From a virus, in the IMG/VR virus record IMGVR_UViG_3300034068_000286, positions 22,544 to 86,543 of that record: 64,000 bases of DNA; one strand, written 5' to 3'. The notes under the pieces are model-generated. The model ran no database searches and was not told the DNA's origin. It saw only the letters and a list, made by a program, of their open reading frames with translations. The translations under genes were made by a program, and so were the position numbers. This document shows positions 8,997-18,000 of the stretch, in pieces (positions within the stretch are counted from its first letter, which is position 1; the number at the start of each line of letters is the position of its first letter).

Positions 8997-10132
8997 ACAG
9001 CTTCTACTTCTTCATATAATGCTTTAATTTCATCGTCAAGGAAGTCAATGATCTTTTCAAAACGATCTAATAAATGTTTTGGAATACGTTGAGTACCACC
9101 AAGACGCTGATATAACAGCATCAACACAGAGGCAATAGCTTCATCTTGCCAAGGAAACTCTTCATATCCATAATAGTATTTGCCCCATTTTTTATGAGCA
9201 CTGTGTACCGCCTTATGAAAGCCAGCAAGTCCCATAAAGTAGCCTTGCAATATGCCAGCAAGTTCACTTAGAAACTCTTCTGTGATTTTAATATTTGCCG
9301 CTTTAAATGCCTTAAAAAGATCTTCAATGATAAACCATAACGAGCCGTTAATTTCGTCGAAATGAAAATATGTGTCATGAAACTTACAGGCCATTTCTAA
9401 GATATCATCGTCAAGATTCAATGCCTGCATGTGAGTAAATGTACCCGGCTTGCCAATGAGGCTATCATGTTCTTTATCCACTGGATAGCAATTATATTTT
9501 TCACATATAGATTGCTTACGTTCTGCCTCAATGTCATCTTCGTCTGTGCTATTATCAATGCGAACACTCATTACCTTGGTACGATGGTCATACCAAGCAC
9601 TTATTTTCTTTTTGCCTTTGCCGTTAATAAGGGCAAATGCCTTGCGGGCAAATGCCTTATTATTAGTTTCCATGTAGAGCACCGGCATCTCAACCTCTTG
9701 CCAATCTGTTTCACCAGTAAACACACCAGCATCAATTAGTGCCGCAACCAGCGTGGCAGTATGTTGGGCATCAACAGAATGGTATTCCTCTTTGCCAGGT
9801 ACTTTAACACAATAAAATACCTGAAGGTACATTGGATTAAATGTACCAATGGAAGCAATATTTGTACAATGCTTTGCATCTAATGCTCGCTGAATATCCT
9901 CGTCAATGAATAAGAACTTTAGTTTAACCATCTTGATCAATGGACGTAGATTGGGATTAATCTGAATCCCTTGCTTTTGATACTCAGCAATTAACTTTTG
10001 CCAACCTTTATAGTTTTGTAATTCTTTAACACGGTCAATTAAGGCAACTATACGACTACTCTTTTGCTTCAATGGGTTTAAATTTTTCATGACGTTGGGC
10101 TTACGCACAACATCTTCATAAACTGGAATCAT
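8993..10132 (-). CDS. ParB/Srx-like N-terminal domain protein
   Basis: IDEDIQR and VDAQHT (DGQH-like) motifs, F..IN helix; own sigma70 promoter 10154-10182. Confidence 0.55.
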   Translation of the reverse strand: MIPVYEDVVRKPNVMKNLNPLKQKSSRIVALIDRVKELQNYKGWQKLIAEYQKQGIQINPNLRPLIKMVKLKFLFIDEDIQRALDAKHCTNIASIGTFNPMYLQVFYCVKVPGKEEYHSVDAQHTATLVAALIDAGVFTGETDWQEVEMPVLYMETNNKAFARKAFALINGKGKKKISAWYDHRTKVMSVRIDNSTDEDDIEAERKQSICEKYNCYPVDKEHDSLIGKPGTFTHMQALNLDDDILEMACKFHDTYFHFDEINGSLWFIIEDLFKAFKAANIKITEEFLSELAGILQGYFMGLAGFHKAVHSAHKKWGKYYYGYEEFPWQDEAIASVLMLLYQRLGGTQRIPKHLLDRFEKIIDFLDDEIKALYEEVEAV

Positions 10133-10182
10133 ATATTTCTTTCTAAAGATTGTATTGTATACTATTTTAGGTTAACTGTCAA

Positions 10183-10620
10183 TCACCAACTTGCTCGGTA
10201 GTAAAAGTCCCATCCGGTCCATTCTTTAGACAAGATGTCCTCTAAGCGTTCTTTGGTCTGAACCAAGTCTTCCCAGTACCAGTCATCTACATCCTTGCTA
10301 CCAAAGAAGAAACCCGATGCTGGTGGAAGTAGTAACAAGGCCTTTGAACGTTCAACTAGGACCTCATCAATAACTGCCAACAGGGCTTCCAAGTGTTTGC
10401 GTTCAACCCAGGACTCTTGGCACTCGTCTGCACCATCTTGTACGTTATCCACAAACCACTTATGGATTGCATTTGACTTGCGCCAGTACATGAGTTCTGC
10501 TGTGATTTCTTTAACACGTGCAGATCCAAGTTCGGGGAATACCTCACCTACCTGGTCGGCCAGTTTATCTTCGGTTTGCCAAAGAAACCGTTTGGCATTC
10601 AAGTACATGTCCAAGCCCAT
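10183..10620 (-). CDS. Conserved phage hypothetical protein
   Basis: MGLDMYL...YWRKSNAIHKWF...GFFFG...YYRASW. Confidence 0.8.
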   Translation of the reverse strand: MGLDMYLNAKRFLWQTEDKLADQVGEVFPELGSARVKEITAELMYWRKSNAIHKWFVDNVQDGADECQESWVERKHLEALLAVIDEVLVERSKALLLLPPASGFFFGSKDVDDWYWEDLVQTKERLEDILSKEWTGWDFYYRASW

Positions 10621-10621
10621 T

Positions 10622-10795
10622 TCATGCACCTGCATAAGGACTGTAAACTTCTTCATCTGCGGTAACTTCAGCACGACCAAACCAAGAGTTCACTGCGGCT
10701 GTTAGTGCAGAAAAATCATAATGTACTGCCTTGGGGCGAATTACTTCACGGTTATCGTGTGCATTGTTTTTTTCGCGATTAGTAAGTGTTGACAT
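10622..10795 (-). CDS. Small hypothetical protein
   Basis: Manual translation MSTLTNREK..., AAGGA RBS. Confidence 0.5.
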   Translation of the reverse strand: MSTLTNREKNNAHDNREVIRPKAVHYDFSALTAAVNSWFGRAEVTADEEVYSPYAGA

Positions 10796-10804
10796 TGTGT
10801 TTCC

Positions 10805-10999
10805 TTAAAGTGATTTAATATGATTGATAACTTGGTTTGCTTCTGCGTAACCAGAATCTTCTAGCATTTGATCTTCATTAATCTCTGCTATCATTTTCCT
10901 GGCTATCATTTCTAGGTCTCTTGCTGTCAACTGACCATTCAGTTTGTAAGCTTGTACCCAACGAATCTTATAACCTTTGAGTGGATCGTTTTCTTCCAT
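10805..10999 (-). CDS. Hypothetical protein
   Basis: 64 aa ORF with GGAGG RBS. Confidence 0.6.
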   Translation of the reverse strand: MEENDPLKGYKIRWVQAYKLNGQLTARDLEMIARKMIAEINEDQMLEDSGYAEANQVINHIKSL

Positions 11000-11172
11000 T
11001 AGGCCGCCTCCGGTTGTTCCATCAGTTGCTCGTTGCGTTTTTGTGCAAGCCCTGCAATACTTGCAATGGCTCGGAAAATTTCAGCTTCTTGTTTTAGTGT
11101 AAGCTCTTCAGATTTAAGACGAGCAACACCAAATTCAATACGCTCAATCAGTTCACTGTTTGAGATATTCAT
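10999..11172 (-). CDS. Small hypothetical protein
   Basis: Manual translation MNISNSELIERIE..., coupled at both ends. Confidence 0.55.
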   Translation of the reverse strand: MNISNSELIERIEFGVARLKSEELTLKQEAEIFRAIASIAGLAQKRNEQLMEQPEAA

Positions 11173-11312
11173 TTTGCAGTCTCACCTGATTCTGTAGCAA
11201 GAGCCTGAACAAAGCGAGCTAGAATACTTTGAGTGTCTTCCATTTGATCTAAAGGATCACGGTCTAGAATTTCTGCAAACTTGACGATAAGATTGTCCAC
11301 GTTTGAGTTCAT
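11169..11312 (-). CDS. Small hypothetical protein
   Basis: Manual translation MNSNVDNLIVKF..., ATGA overlaps. Confidence 0.55.
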   Translation of the reverse strand: MNSNVDNLIVKFAEILDRDPLDQMEDTQSILARFVQALATESGETAK

Positions 11313-11449
11313 GCATCTACTCCTTGACTTTCAATCCAACCCAATACAATTTCAATTGGGCACTCTAGTTCTGTTGCAATTTGTTTTGGGTTCAAGCCAT
11401 CAATGTATAATTGCTCAATGTCCCATGCCAGGTCCTTCATTGCACTCAT
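11309..11449 (-). CDS. Small HTH-like protein
   Basis: Manual translation MSAMKDLAWDIEQLYIDGLNPKQIATELECP. Confidence 0.55.
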   Translation of the reverse strand: MSAMKDLAWDIEQLYIDGLNPKQIATELECPIEIVLGWIESQGVDA

Positions 11450-11922
11450 GCTGTCACCTCTTCTGCGGCAATTGCCTCGGTTAATACTGTTAATTTTTTA
11501 GCTAGCGAATGGCCAACTTCGTAAGTTGTTCCGCAATACCAAACACCATCTTTCATGATGTAATAATACTCAGCGGCACAGTTGTCACATTGTTCCAGGA
11601 ACTCTTCAAAAGTGTGTGCTACTTTAAAGTCTGTACCTGTCTCACCACGGTCACGTCCGTAAAAGGTACACATGTTGGCTGTAGTGGCTTTGAAGGCTTC
11701 AACTTCATCTTTGGGCAAGTCGTGATAGCTAAAGGCATGTGCTTCGCCAATCTCTGCTCGCAAGGTTGACAAGTCACCTAGTGCCACTAAGTTGTTGGCT
11801 TTAGCAGAGTCAAAATGTTCTTGCAAGATTTTACCATTGTGAGCCAAATAGCCGTCCCAATGACAGTAAACACTTTTGACTTTGTCACCGTGCATGACAC
11901 CAATTCTTGAACGTGTACTCAT
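11446..11922 (-). CDS. Conserved phage early protein
   Basis: MSTRSRIG...YCHWDGY...EYYY; AGGAG RBS. Confidence 0.8.
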   Translation of the reverse strand: MSTRSRIGVMHGDKVKSVYCHWDGYLAHNGKILQEHFDSAKANNLVALGDLSTLRAEIGEAHAFSYHDLPKDEVEAFKATTANMCTFYGRDRGETGTDFKVAHTFEEFLEQCDNCAAEYYYIMKDGVWYCGTTYEVGHSLAKKLTVLTEAIAAEEVTA

Positions 11923-11954
11923 TTTAAACTCCTGTTTTGTTTGTGTATGTATGT

Positions 11955-12017
11955 ATTATAACACTGAACCAATAACCCGTCAACCGAACGGGCTATTGAG
12001 TGTTGTTTTTAAGCAAC
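11955..12017 (-). promoter_or_regulatory. Sigma70 early promoter with upstream GTTG-N8-CAAC palindrome
   Basis: TTGACG-N17-TATAAT (11983-11955); palindrome 12002-12017. Confidence 0.8.
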
Positions 12018-12032
12018 AAACTGAGATTAGAA

Positions 12033-12260
12033 TCAGCCTTGGAATGCTGGCAAAATGCCTTTTGGCAATTCAGTAGCCAACCATGCATGAGCATCTTCCT
12101 TGGGCATTGGTTGGGGCAAGTTATAAAGAGTAACTCCAGTATTGCCAGTCTTCAAAAGGACTTTGCCGCGCAATTCTGCCTTGCCTGCTGAAACTCGAAC
12201 GCGATGTTTGCCGCCACGAGTTGAGTGTCCAACTACTGTAAAAAGCTTTGATGTTTTCAT
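12033..12260 (-). CDS. Hypothetical early protein, paralog of 63423..63713
   Basis: KLFTVVGHST..GK..R...K.L.KTG.T...LY.L..P..K..A. Confidence 0.7.
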   Translation of the reverse strand: MKTSKLFTVVGHSTRGGKHRVRVSAGKAELRGKVLLKTGNTGVTLYNLPQPMPKEDAHAWLATELPKGILPAFQG

Positions 12261-12292
12261 AATAAATTCCTAGTTTGTTTGTGTATGTATGT

Positions 12293-12365
12293 ATTATACT
12301 GCTCTTTTGGGTTCTGGACAACCAATAACCCTGAAAACTGTATGGTTTTGTTGTTTTTAAGCAAC
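12293..12365 (-). promoter_or_regulatory. Sigma70 early promoter with GTTG-N8-CAAC palindrome
   Basis: TTGTCC-N17-TATAAT (12321-12293); palindrome 12350-12365. Confidence 0.75.
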
Positions 12366-12650
12366 AACTTCTAGCATGTTAGCAGGCACTCTCCACAAGC
12401 CGCTGGTGTAAGAACCAGGGTTGTTGTCGCGAACTGTGACATACTTGATGGCAATCTTTTCAACTGTACCAACAATGGTCACACCACGTTTGGTGCTACT
12501 GAACTTGACCTTGGAGCCCAGAGTCAGACTACGTTTGGTCTGGTCTGTCAATTGTGACCGAGCAAATTTGATAGCATCAATGATGCTGGACAATTCGGTG
12601 TTGTTGAGATTGCCAGTGATAATGGCACGGTTGATTTCATGAACAGTCAT
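12357..12650 (-). CDS. Hypothetical protein, SH3-like C-terminus
   Basis: 97 aa, AAGGAG RBS. Confidence 0.7.
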   Translation of the reverse strand: MTVHEINRAIITGNLNNTELSSIIDAIKFARSQLTDQTKRSLTLGSKVKFSSTKRGVTIVGTVEKIAIKYVTVRDNNPGSYTSGLWRVPANMLEVVA

Positions 12651-12665
12651 TTGAGTCTCCTTGAA

Positions 12666-12899
12666 TTAACAGTAAAAATCTTCACCGCGATCGTAAGCAC
12701 CAATCGCTTCGTAAACAACTTCGCGAACAGCGGTGTCCATTGCTTCACCAAACTTTTCGTAATCACTATCAGCCAAGTCACGCAGGTTTTGTTGAACCAG
12801 GCTCCAAGGGCTTTTGCGATAAGTGTGATACTCGATAATGCCTGCAACAGCTTGATCGCCTGCTTCGCTGAACATACCAAAACTTTGAACTACTTGCAT
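12666..12899 (-). CDS. Hypothetical protein
   Basis: AAGGAG RBS before ATG 12899. Confidence 0.65.
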   Translation of the reverse strand: MQVVQSFGMFSEAGDQAVAGIIEYHTYRKSPWSLVQQNLRDLADSDYEKFGEAMDTAVREVVYEAIGAYDRGEDFYC

Positions 12900-12929
12900 A
12901 CCCAACTCCTTTTTGCTTAACATGTATTG

Positions 12930-12958
12930 ATTATAAGCGGTTTTTGAGTTTTGGTCAA
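12930..12958 (-). promoter_or_regulatory. Sigma70 early promoter
   Basis: TTGACC-N17-TATAAT. Confidence 0.8.
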
Positions 12959-12968
12959 CCGTTTTCGT

Positions 12969-12997
12969 AAAAAACCCTACTTAAAGTAGGGCTTTTT
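12969..12997. terminator. Intrinsic terminator
   Basis: CCCTAC/GTAGGG stem flanked by A and T tracts. Confidence 0.75.
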
Positions 12998-13001
12998 GGG
13001 G

Positions 13002-13289
13002 CTATTTTGTGGCTTTTTTGCGACTTTGTAAGTCATTGATTTTTAACACTTTTTTGTACCCAGTTTTTCGTGGTTTTTTCACGTTAAATTCCAAATCTGT
13101 GTAATATTTTAGCATTTTCTTGCTCATATTATGAACCACATCCATACTGTCGTCGTCAATGACCCATTGGTAAGGACACAATTTCCAAGTCTTGGTAACT
13201 GAAAATTTATAGTATAAACTACGATGCTCTGCGTCTGTGGCATCAAATATTCTTAATGGTCGTTGCCCTAAAATAAAAGATTTTAACAT
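13002..13289 (-). CDS. Hypothetical protein
   Basis: 95 aa ORF. Confidence 0.65.
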   Translation of the reverse strand: MLKSFILGQRPLRIFDATDAEHRSLYYKFSVTKTWKLCPYQWVIDDDSMDVVHNMSKKMLKYYTDLEFNVKKPRKTGYKKVLKINDLQSRKKATK

Positions 13290-13293
13290 AGGC

Positions 13294-13494
13294 TTACCCT
13301 CCGTTGATGGCTTTTATCTTTTCACGTTTCTCATTGTCATCCCTGCACTCGGGACTACAGAAAGTGAACTCTGTTGGTACTTCACATTCGATACAGAATC
13401 CTGTTCGGACCGGTACAAATGGTTTTGCGGTTGCACGTCGAAACTCTTCGGCTGCCTCCATTGCTTCTTGTGCGTCATCAATTATATCTGCCAT
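13294..13494 (-). CDS. TraR/DksA-like C4 zinc-finger protein
   Basis: N-terminal DIIDDA (DxxDxA) plus CIEC...CSPEC. Confidence 0.65.
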   Translation of the reverse strand: MADIIDDAQEAMEAAEEFRRATAKPFVPVRTGFCIECEVPTEFTFCSPECRDDNEKREKIKAINGG

Positions 13495-13512
13495 TATCTT
13501 AGTTTCCTTTTT

Positions 13513-13779
13513 TTAACTTCCATTACTTAGTACCCACATAAAAATGTCAGGTCCTTCAAGTATTACCATTTCATTTGCGTACTTCAAGCATTTGAATCTA
13601 TATTTACGATCAATAACTATAATCTCTACCATCTTGGGAGTAAAACGTTGAATCTGTGCAACATGTAAGCTTCCATCACTCACTGCCACATACTGACCTT
13701 CTTTAAGAGTGCGACCAAGCAAGTCTAGATGACAGCCATTGGTTGGTACACTTTTAATTGGTCGCCTGGTCTGCAACAT
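13513..13779 (-). CDS. Hypothetical protein
   Basis: D.LGR.L..G..VA motif common in phage SH3-like ORFs. Confidence 0.6.
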   Translation of the reverse strand: MLQTRRPIKSVPTNGCHLDLLGRTLKEGQYVAVSDGSLHVAQIQRFTPKMVEIIVIDRKYRFKCLKYANEMVILEGPDIFMWVLSNGS

Positions 13780-13780
13780 T

Positions 13781-14044
13781 TTATTCCCACTGACCCAGTT
13801 TATGATCCCAATGTCTAGCATCATAAATTTGAAATTCAATTTCTAAACCCAACGCACCTAATCTAAATTTGCCTCCGGCATGATCTCGCTTGACAGAAAA
13901 ATCAAGTGCAATCAGAAAAATAGTATTTGTACGATATACATTCAACTCCCATGACTTAACTTTGGTAAGCCGTCCATGCTTAATAAAAAGTCCTGAAAAC
14001 TTTCTACTAAAGGGATTGACGATTTCAAATATAAAATTTATCAT
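13781..14044 (-). CDS. Hypothetical protein
   Basis: 87 aa; promoter TTGACA-N17-TACAAT at 14099-14071. Confidence 0.65.
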   Translation of the reverse strand: MINFIFEIVNPFSRKFSGLFIKHGRLTKVKSWELNVYRTNTIFLIALDFSVKRDHAGGKFRLGALGLEIEFQIYDARHWDHKLGQWE

Positions 14045-14106
14045 GTAGTAAATGTACCTGGTGTGCGTGTATTGTACACGAATACATTTACTATGTCAAG
14101 TCTTTT

Positions 14107-14835
14107 TTAATCTATTTTAATGATCCAGGCATCCGTCAGTTGATTGTTAAGGTAGTTGAATGGAATCCAAAGATGTCCACGTTCTCCCCAACTACTACCA
14201 AAACTATTACGGGCCAGGATCAGCCTCCGTTTCAAGTCGTATCCTACAAATAGGACAGCGTGAGCACCAAATGGTTCTTCGTTTGGTTCAGGTAATTTGA
14301 GTATTGGATCACTTGGACTTATTTCTTCAAATGCTTTGAACACTCGAATGCTAGCTATAACTGGATTTCCTGCATTTAGCGCATCTGTTATATCATTGAC
14401 ACCAGTTAGTCGATAATAGTTTTCAACGGTGGAGTTTAATGCATCTACATAACATTCATCAGTGGGGCGAACATTAAACTTTGAAATGTCATACGGCCAT
14501 AATTCTTCTGTACAAATACCATACTGCTTTGCGGCTTTTAGGGCATCGCGTGGGTAAGCACCAATATCTTCATTGATGGTTCCATCTTGTAATCGTGTGT
14601 TATAATACAAAAACAATGGACTCAAATCTACGTATGACTCTGGATAGTCTCTTTTTACAATTAACTCATATGCCCCGACTATGGCTTGACTTGCACAGCT
14701 TCCTAAATTGTATTGCTGTTCAACATCGCTGGCCATTGGTCGGAGGTCAACACTTTCGCGTATTGGCTTACGAGTAAGGTTATAATATAGGTCTCGCCAA
14801 TCTGTTTTATCTATGGCAAGATTATATTTTAACAT
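14107..14835 (-). CDS. Papain-like C1 cysteine peptidase
   Basis: VDLR, Q..LGSC, LSPLFLYY, HAVLFVGYD, RNSFGSSWG. Confidence 0.92.
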   Translation of the reverse strand: MLKYNLAIDKTDWRDLYYNLTRKPIRESVDLRPMASDVEQQYNLGSCASQAIVGAYELIVKRDYPESYVDLSPLFLYYNTRLQDGTINEDIGAYPRDALKAAKQYGICTEELWPYDISKFNVRPTDECYVDALNSTVENYYRLTGVNDITDALNAGNPVIASIRVFKAFEEISPSDPILKLPEPNEEPFGAHAVLFVGYDLKRRLILARNSFGSSWGERGHLWIPFNYLNNQLTDAWIIKID

Positions 14836-15518
14836 TATTGAATAAATTTATTTGGATACTGTTGAATTACACTATTTGCAAACGAATTTGCAAAGGTTGA
14901 TATTCTTTCAGCTGCCTGTGTATGAGCTGATGCACTTGTTGTATCGTCTTGATTTATAATAGCTGTTACTTCGCCGACCAAAGATTCTCGTATCGCAACC
15001 CACATGCGCTTGCCTGAACCAGGGAACCAATTGTTATTATACTGATTTAGTAACAGATCAAATCCATCAAAATTTGAATCTAAGTTTGTAATTTGATTTT
15101 TAACATCAATTTTAAATTTTAGATTACGACAAATGCCAACCATGCCAAGCCCAACGCCTCTAAAAACTTGAGTTAATCTTTCGTTGAATTCAATACCATA
15201 GTATGGTCGAAGCATTAGGCCAAGATCATTGACTTCATCAAAATACGCTGTTTCCTCTGTTAGCAATGCGTCCATGTCGCCATTTTCTGTTGCGGTTGCG
15301 AAGCTTGTTAATCTTTGATGCATTGTTGTAAAGTACGCATTTACATCTGCTCTAAATTTGTCAGCAGTTGTTGCGCCAACCATTGGACGCATGTCGTCAT
15401 ATCCGTTATATCCGTTATTTCCGTTATTTCCGTTGTCCAGCATACGTTTAATTTCAGTGTCTGCTGGGAGATCGAAGTGCTCTTCTTCGGTAATTGTATG
15501 AGTAATTTTCTTGTACAT
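14835..15518 (-). CDS. Hypothetical helical-bundle protein with NGN/NGY repeats
   Basis: AAGGA RBS before ATG 15518; LRPYYG motif. Confidence 0.7.
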   Translation of the reverse strand: MYKKITHTITEEEHFDLPADTEIKRMLDNGNNGNNGYNGYDDMRPMVGATTADKFRADVNAYFTTMHQRLTSFATATENGDMDALLTEETAYFDEVNDLGLMLRPYYGIEFNERLTQVFRGVGLGMVGICRNLKFKIDVKNQITNLDSNFDGFDLLLNQYNNNWFPGSGKRMWVAIRESLVGEVTAIINQDDTTSASAHTQAAERISTFANSFANSVIQQYPNKFIQ

Positions 15519-15529
15519 AATGTATTTCC

Positions 15530-16081
15530 TTATACTATAAACCAATGACCACCACGGCTAAGCAGGTGTACTGATTGCCAAGGTTCTGTCATTGTATAAC
15601 TTAAAGCACCATCTATGGTGCTGTCATTATTTGTTTCTATCGTCACATGCTGGCCGGCTGCTAATTTAGACATTTCTATCTTTAGTGCTATTTGGTAACC
15701 ATCGCCAGGATAAAGGGGAAGTGTAATAGTAATCGGTCTATCACAATTAATACCAATATAGCAATCATCGTTCGTGCATCCATAATCTTCCGATACTAAA
15801 ATTGTACCGAAAGTTGATTCCTGCGTATCACTGGAATCTCCTTGCGGTCCTGCAGGGCCTGCTGGCCCTACTACATGTCCAGCATTTAATTCAGTACCGT
15901 CGTTGTAAACTAAAATTAAATCACCATCTCGTGTTAGTCCTGCACTGACAATAATTTTTGCAGATGCGCTTATAACACCATCTGGTGTAATATTAATACC
16001 AGCACCAATCTTTACAACACCTAAAGATGTTTTGGTGGCAATGTCATCCTGCGACAAAACTGTTTTGGTATTGTATGACAT
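15530..16081 (-). CDS. Fibre-like protein with short collagen repeat and C-terminal beta domain
   Basis: LGVVKIGAGINITPDG repeat, GPAGPAGPQG, ITLP...IDG...W.IV. Confidence 0.7.
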   Translation of the reverse strand: MSYNTKTVLSQDDIATKTSLGVVKIGAGINITPDGVISASAKIIVSAGLTRDGDLILVYNDGTELNAGHVVGPAGPAGPQGDSSDTQESTFGTILVSEDYGCTNDDCYIGINCDRPITITLPLYPGDGYQIALKIEMSKLAAGQHVTIETNNDSTIDGALSYTMTEPWQSVHLLSRGGHWFIV

Positions 16082-16110
16082 AGTTTTATATCGTGTTACT
16101 GTATGCTATA

Positions 16111-16515
16111 TTAGATTAAGATCCACTGTGCGCCATCAAAGATAAACGTCAATGAACCAAATGGTACATCAATAGTAGCAGTTGCGGCGCCATCTACTGT
16201 GTCAGGGACTGTTGGTGTAATAGTAATAGGTGTTGCTGGTGCAGCCAATCCTAGTCCGTCTTTGATTGTGAATACTTTACCAGCAACACCTGCTGGCAAT
16301 GTAACTGCTACAGCAACTGGTCCAGGAACTTGTACGCTGATTACTTCATCTGTGGTTGCACTGGCTACGACTGGAGTTGCAACTGCAATTCTAACTGCCA
16401 CTGGATTAATACCATTAGTGCTAAGAGTAATTGTATTTGCACCTGTACCTGTTGTTGGTGTAACTGTGATACCTGCTCCGGCAAGTATCGATGTTGGATT
16501 ATTTGTATATGACAT
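16111..16515 (-). CDS. Small fibre-domain protein (paralog family)
   Basis: VTLP.G..G.VFTIKD..G.A...PITI...VDG...GSLTFIFDG..W. Confidence 0.7.
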   Translation of the reverse strand: MSYTNNPTSILAGAGITVTPTTGTGANTITLSTNGINPVAVRIAVATPVVASATTDEVISVQVPGPVAVAVTLPAGVAGKVFTIKDGLGLAAPATPITITPTVPDTVDGAATATIDVPFGSLTFIFDGAQWILI

Positions 16516-16556
16516 TTTTAGTTTTCCTTTATATTAACTAATTTCGACTGGAATGG

Positions 16557-16916
16557 TTATCCTATAATCTTCCAGTTTGTACCGTCATACACTACCTGTA
16601 TATGACCATATCCACCATTGATGATTGCAAATGGATTGCTGTCAATGGTCTTGGATCCTGCTGATGTAATAGTAACTGGGTTCGCCACTGAGTTACCTGA
16701 AATATCTTTGATGTAATATGAACGCTTTAGCACTGGCTTTTTTTTGCCGTTGTAGTCGTCGTCTTCATCGCCGCAACAATCTTCACCTGTGGCCAGGCCA
16801 TTGGCTGGCAATATAACAGACGATGGTCCAACAACATTCATAAAAATTACTTCATCTGATGATAACACGGTGTAAGGTGTTGTTGTAACTATTTTTGTGT
16901 TTAAATTTGAAGACAT
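16557..16916 (-). CDS. Small fibre-domain protein (paralog family)
   Basis: VILP...YYIKDISG...NPVTI...ID...VVYDG.NW. Confidence 0.7.
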   Translation of the reverse strand: MSSNLNTKIVTTTPYTVLSSDEVIFMNVVGPSSVILPANGLATGEDCCGDEDDDYNGKKKPVLKRSYYIKDISGNSVANPVTITSAGSKTIDSNPFAIINGGYGHIQVVYDGTNWKIIG

Positions 16917-16925
16917 ATTATTTCC

Positions 16926-17477
16926 TTAACTGATTCTTGTTAGTGTAACTTTTACACTGGCGCCGCTTGGACGCACTGGACCAACTCTTGCTGGCAATGC
17001 CAATAACTGCATGGTAGTGTCAGCACTACTCCAGCATAGTTCTACATTGCCCCCAGCAGGTATATCCAATGTATAATTGCCTGTAACGAAGATTGTATCC
17101 AATGCTCCTGTTAAAATTAAATCTTGTGCTGAGCCTGCAATGTCTGCTCCATTTAGACGTAGCCATATGCTAATAGTGCTAGCGCCACCGGATGTTTTGT
17201 TTACATTCATTGTAAACACCGTGTTGTATGTTCCAGCGTTGACTACTGTAAGTTGAGTACCCCCGACTATACTAATTCCATTTGCGGGACCAGTTTCACT
17301 AAATGTTGCCAAGTTAACTGCACTGGCCACTGGGTTAGTTTGTGTTCCGTTTTCAAAAAATCCATAGTTAAGTAAGCCTGTTGATGCGTTAACGGTTCCA
17401 TCAGTAACTGATAAACCAGTGCCGACTTTCATAATTCCAAAATCGGTGGTTGAAGTAAGTGGTGCTTTGTAGCCCAT
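16926..17477 (-). CDS. BclA C-terminal/C1q-like domain protein with N-terminal fibre repeat
   Basis: FGIMKVGTGLSVTDG; GISI.....V.NAGTY...F...IWLRLNG.DI.GS; TAATG coupling to upstream gene. Confidence 0.6.
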   Translation of the reverse strand: MGYKAPLTSTTDFGIMKVGTGLSVTDGTVNASTGLLNYGFFENGTQTNPVASAVNLATFSETGPANGISIVGGTQLTVVNAGTYNTVFTMNVNKTSGGASTISIWLRLNGADIAGSAQDLILTGALDTIFVTGNYTLDIPAGGNVELCWSSADTTMQLLALPARVGPVRPSGASVKVTLTRIS

Positions 17478-17947
17478 TATACGATACTCCACGCACTTCC
17501 ATTGAATACAAAAGTTAAGCTTCCGAAATTAGTATTAATTGTGGCCGTATTTCCATCGACTAATTCCCCGCCAGTGCCTTGAATAGTAATTGGATTAGTG
17601 ACTGCATCACCATCGCAATCTTTGACTATGTAAACTGTGCCTAATATACCAGTAGGCAATGTAATTGTCACTGGCGCGGCTACATCAACGCAAAGGAAAT
17701 AATCCTGTGCGGTGGCTGTGTATGTTGCTGTTGTTACTTGTGTGACTGTGACTGGACTTGGGTTTCCTCCAGTAATAATATTTCCGCTCCCGATATTAAT
17801 AATGTCATTATCATTGCCTGTATTACTTCCAGGAATGTACAATGGTATTGGTACAAACGGAGGGAATGGTGGGTAAAAACCTGCTGGTGCAATACCTTGG
17901 GTTTGATTTTGATACGGATATTGATCCTGAAATTGATCTTGTGACAT
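17477..17947 (-). CDS. Small fibre-domain protein with Gln/Pro-rich N-terminus
   Basis: ITLP.G..G.VYIVKD..G.A..NPITI...VDG...GSLTFVFNG..W; GGAG RBS. Confidence 0.7.
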   Translation of the reverse strand: MSQDQFQDQYPYQNQTQGIAPAGFYPPFPPFVPIPLYIPGSNTGNDNDIINIGSGNIITGGNPSPVTVTQVTTATYTATAQDYFLCVDVAAPVTITLPTGILGTVYIVKDCDGDAVTNPITIQGTGGELVDGNTATINTNFGSLTFVFNGSAWSIV

Positions 17948-17956
17948 AGGTTCTCC

Positions 17957-17992
17957 AAAAAAAAGCACTCGCCCTTGTGAGGCAAGTGCTTT
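17957..17992 (-). terminator. Intra-operon intrinsic terminator
   Basis: GCACUUGCC/GGCGAGUGC stem followed by U8. Confidence 0.8.
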
Positions 17993-18000
17993 AATAACAA

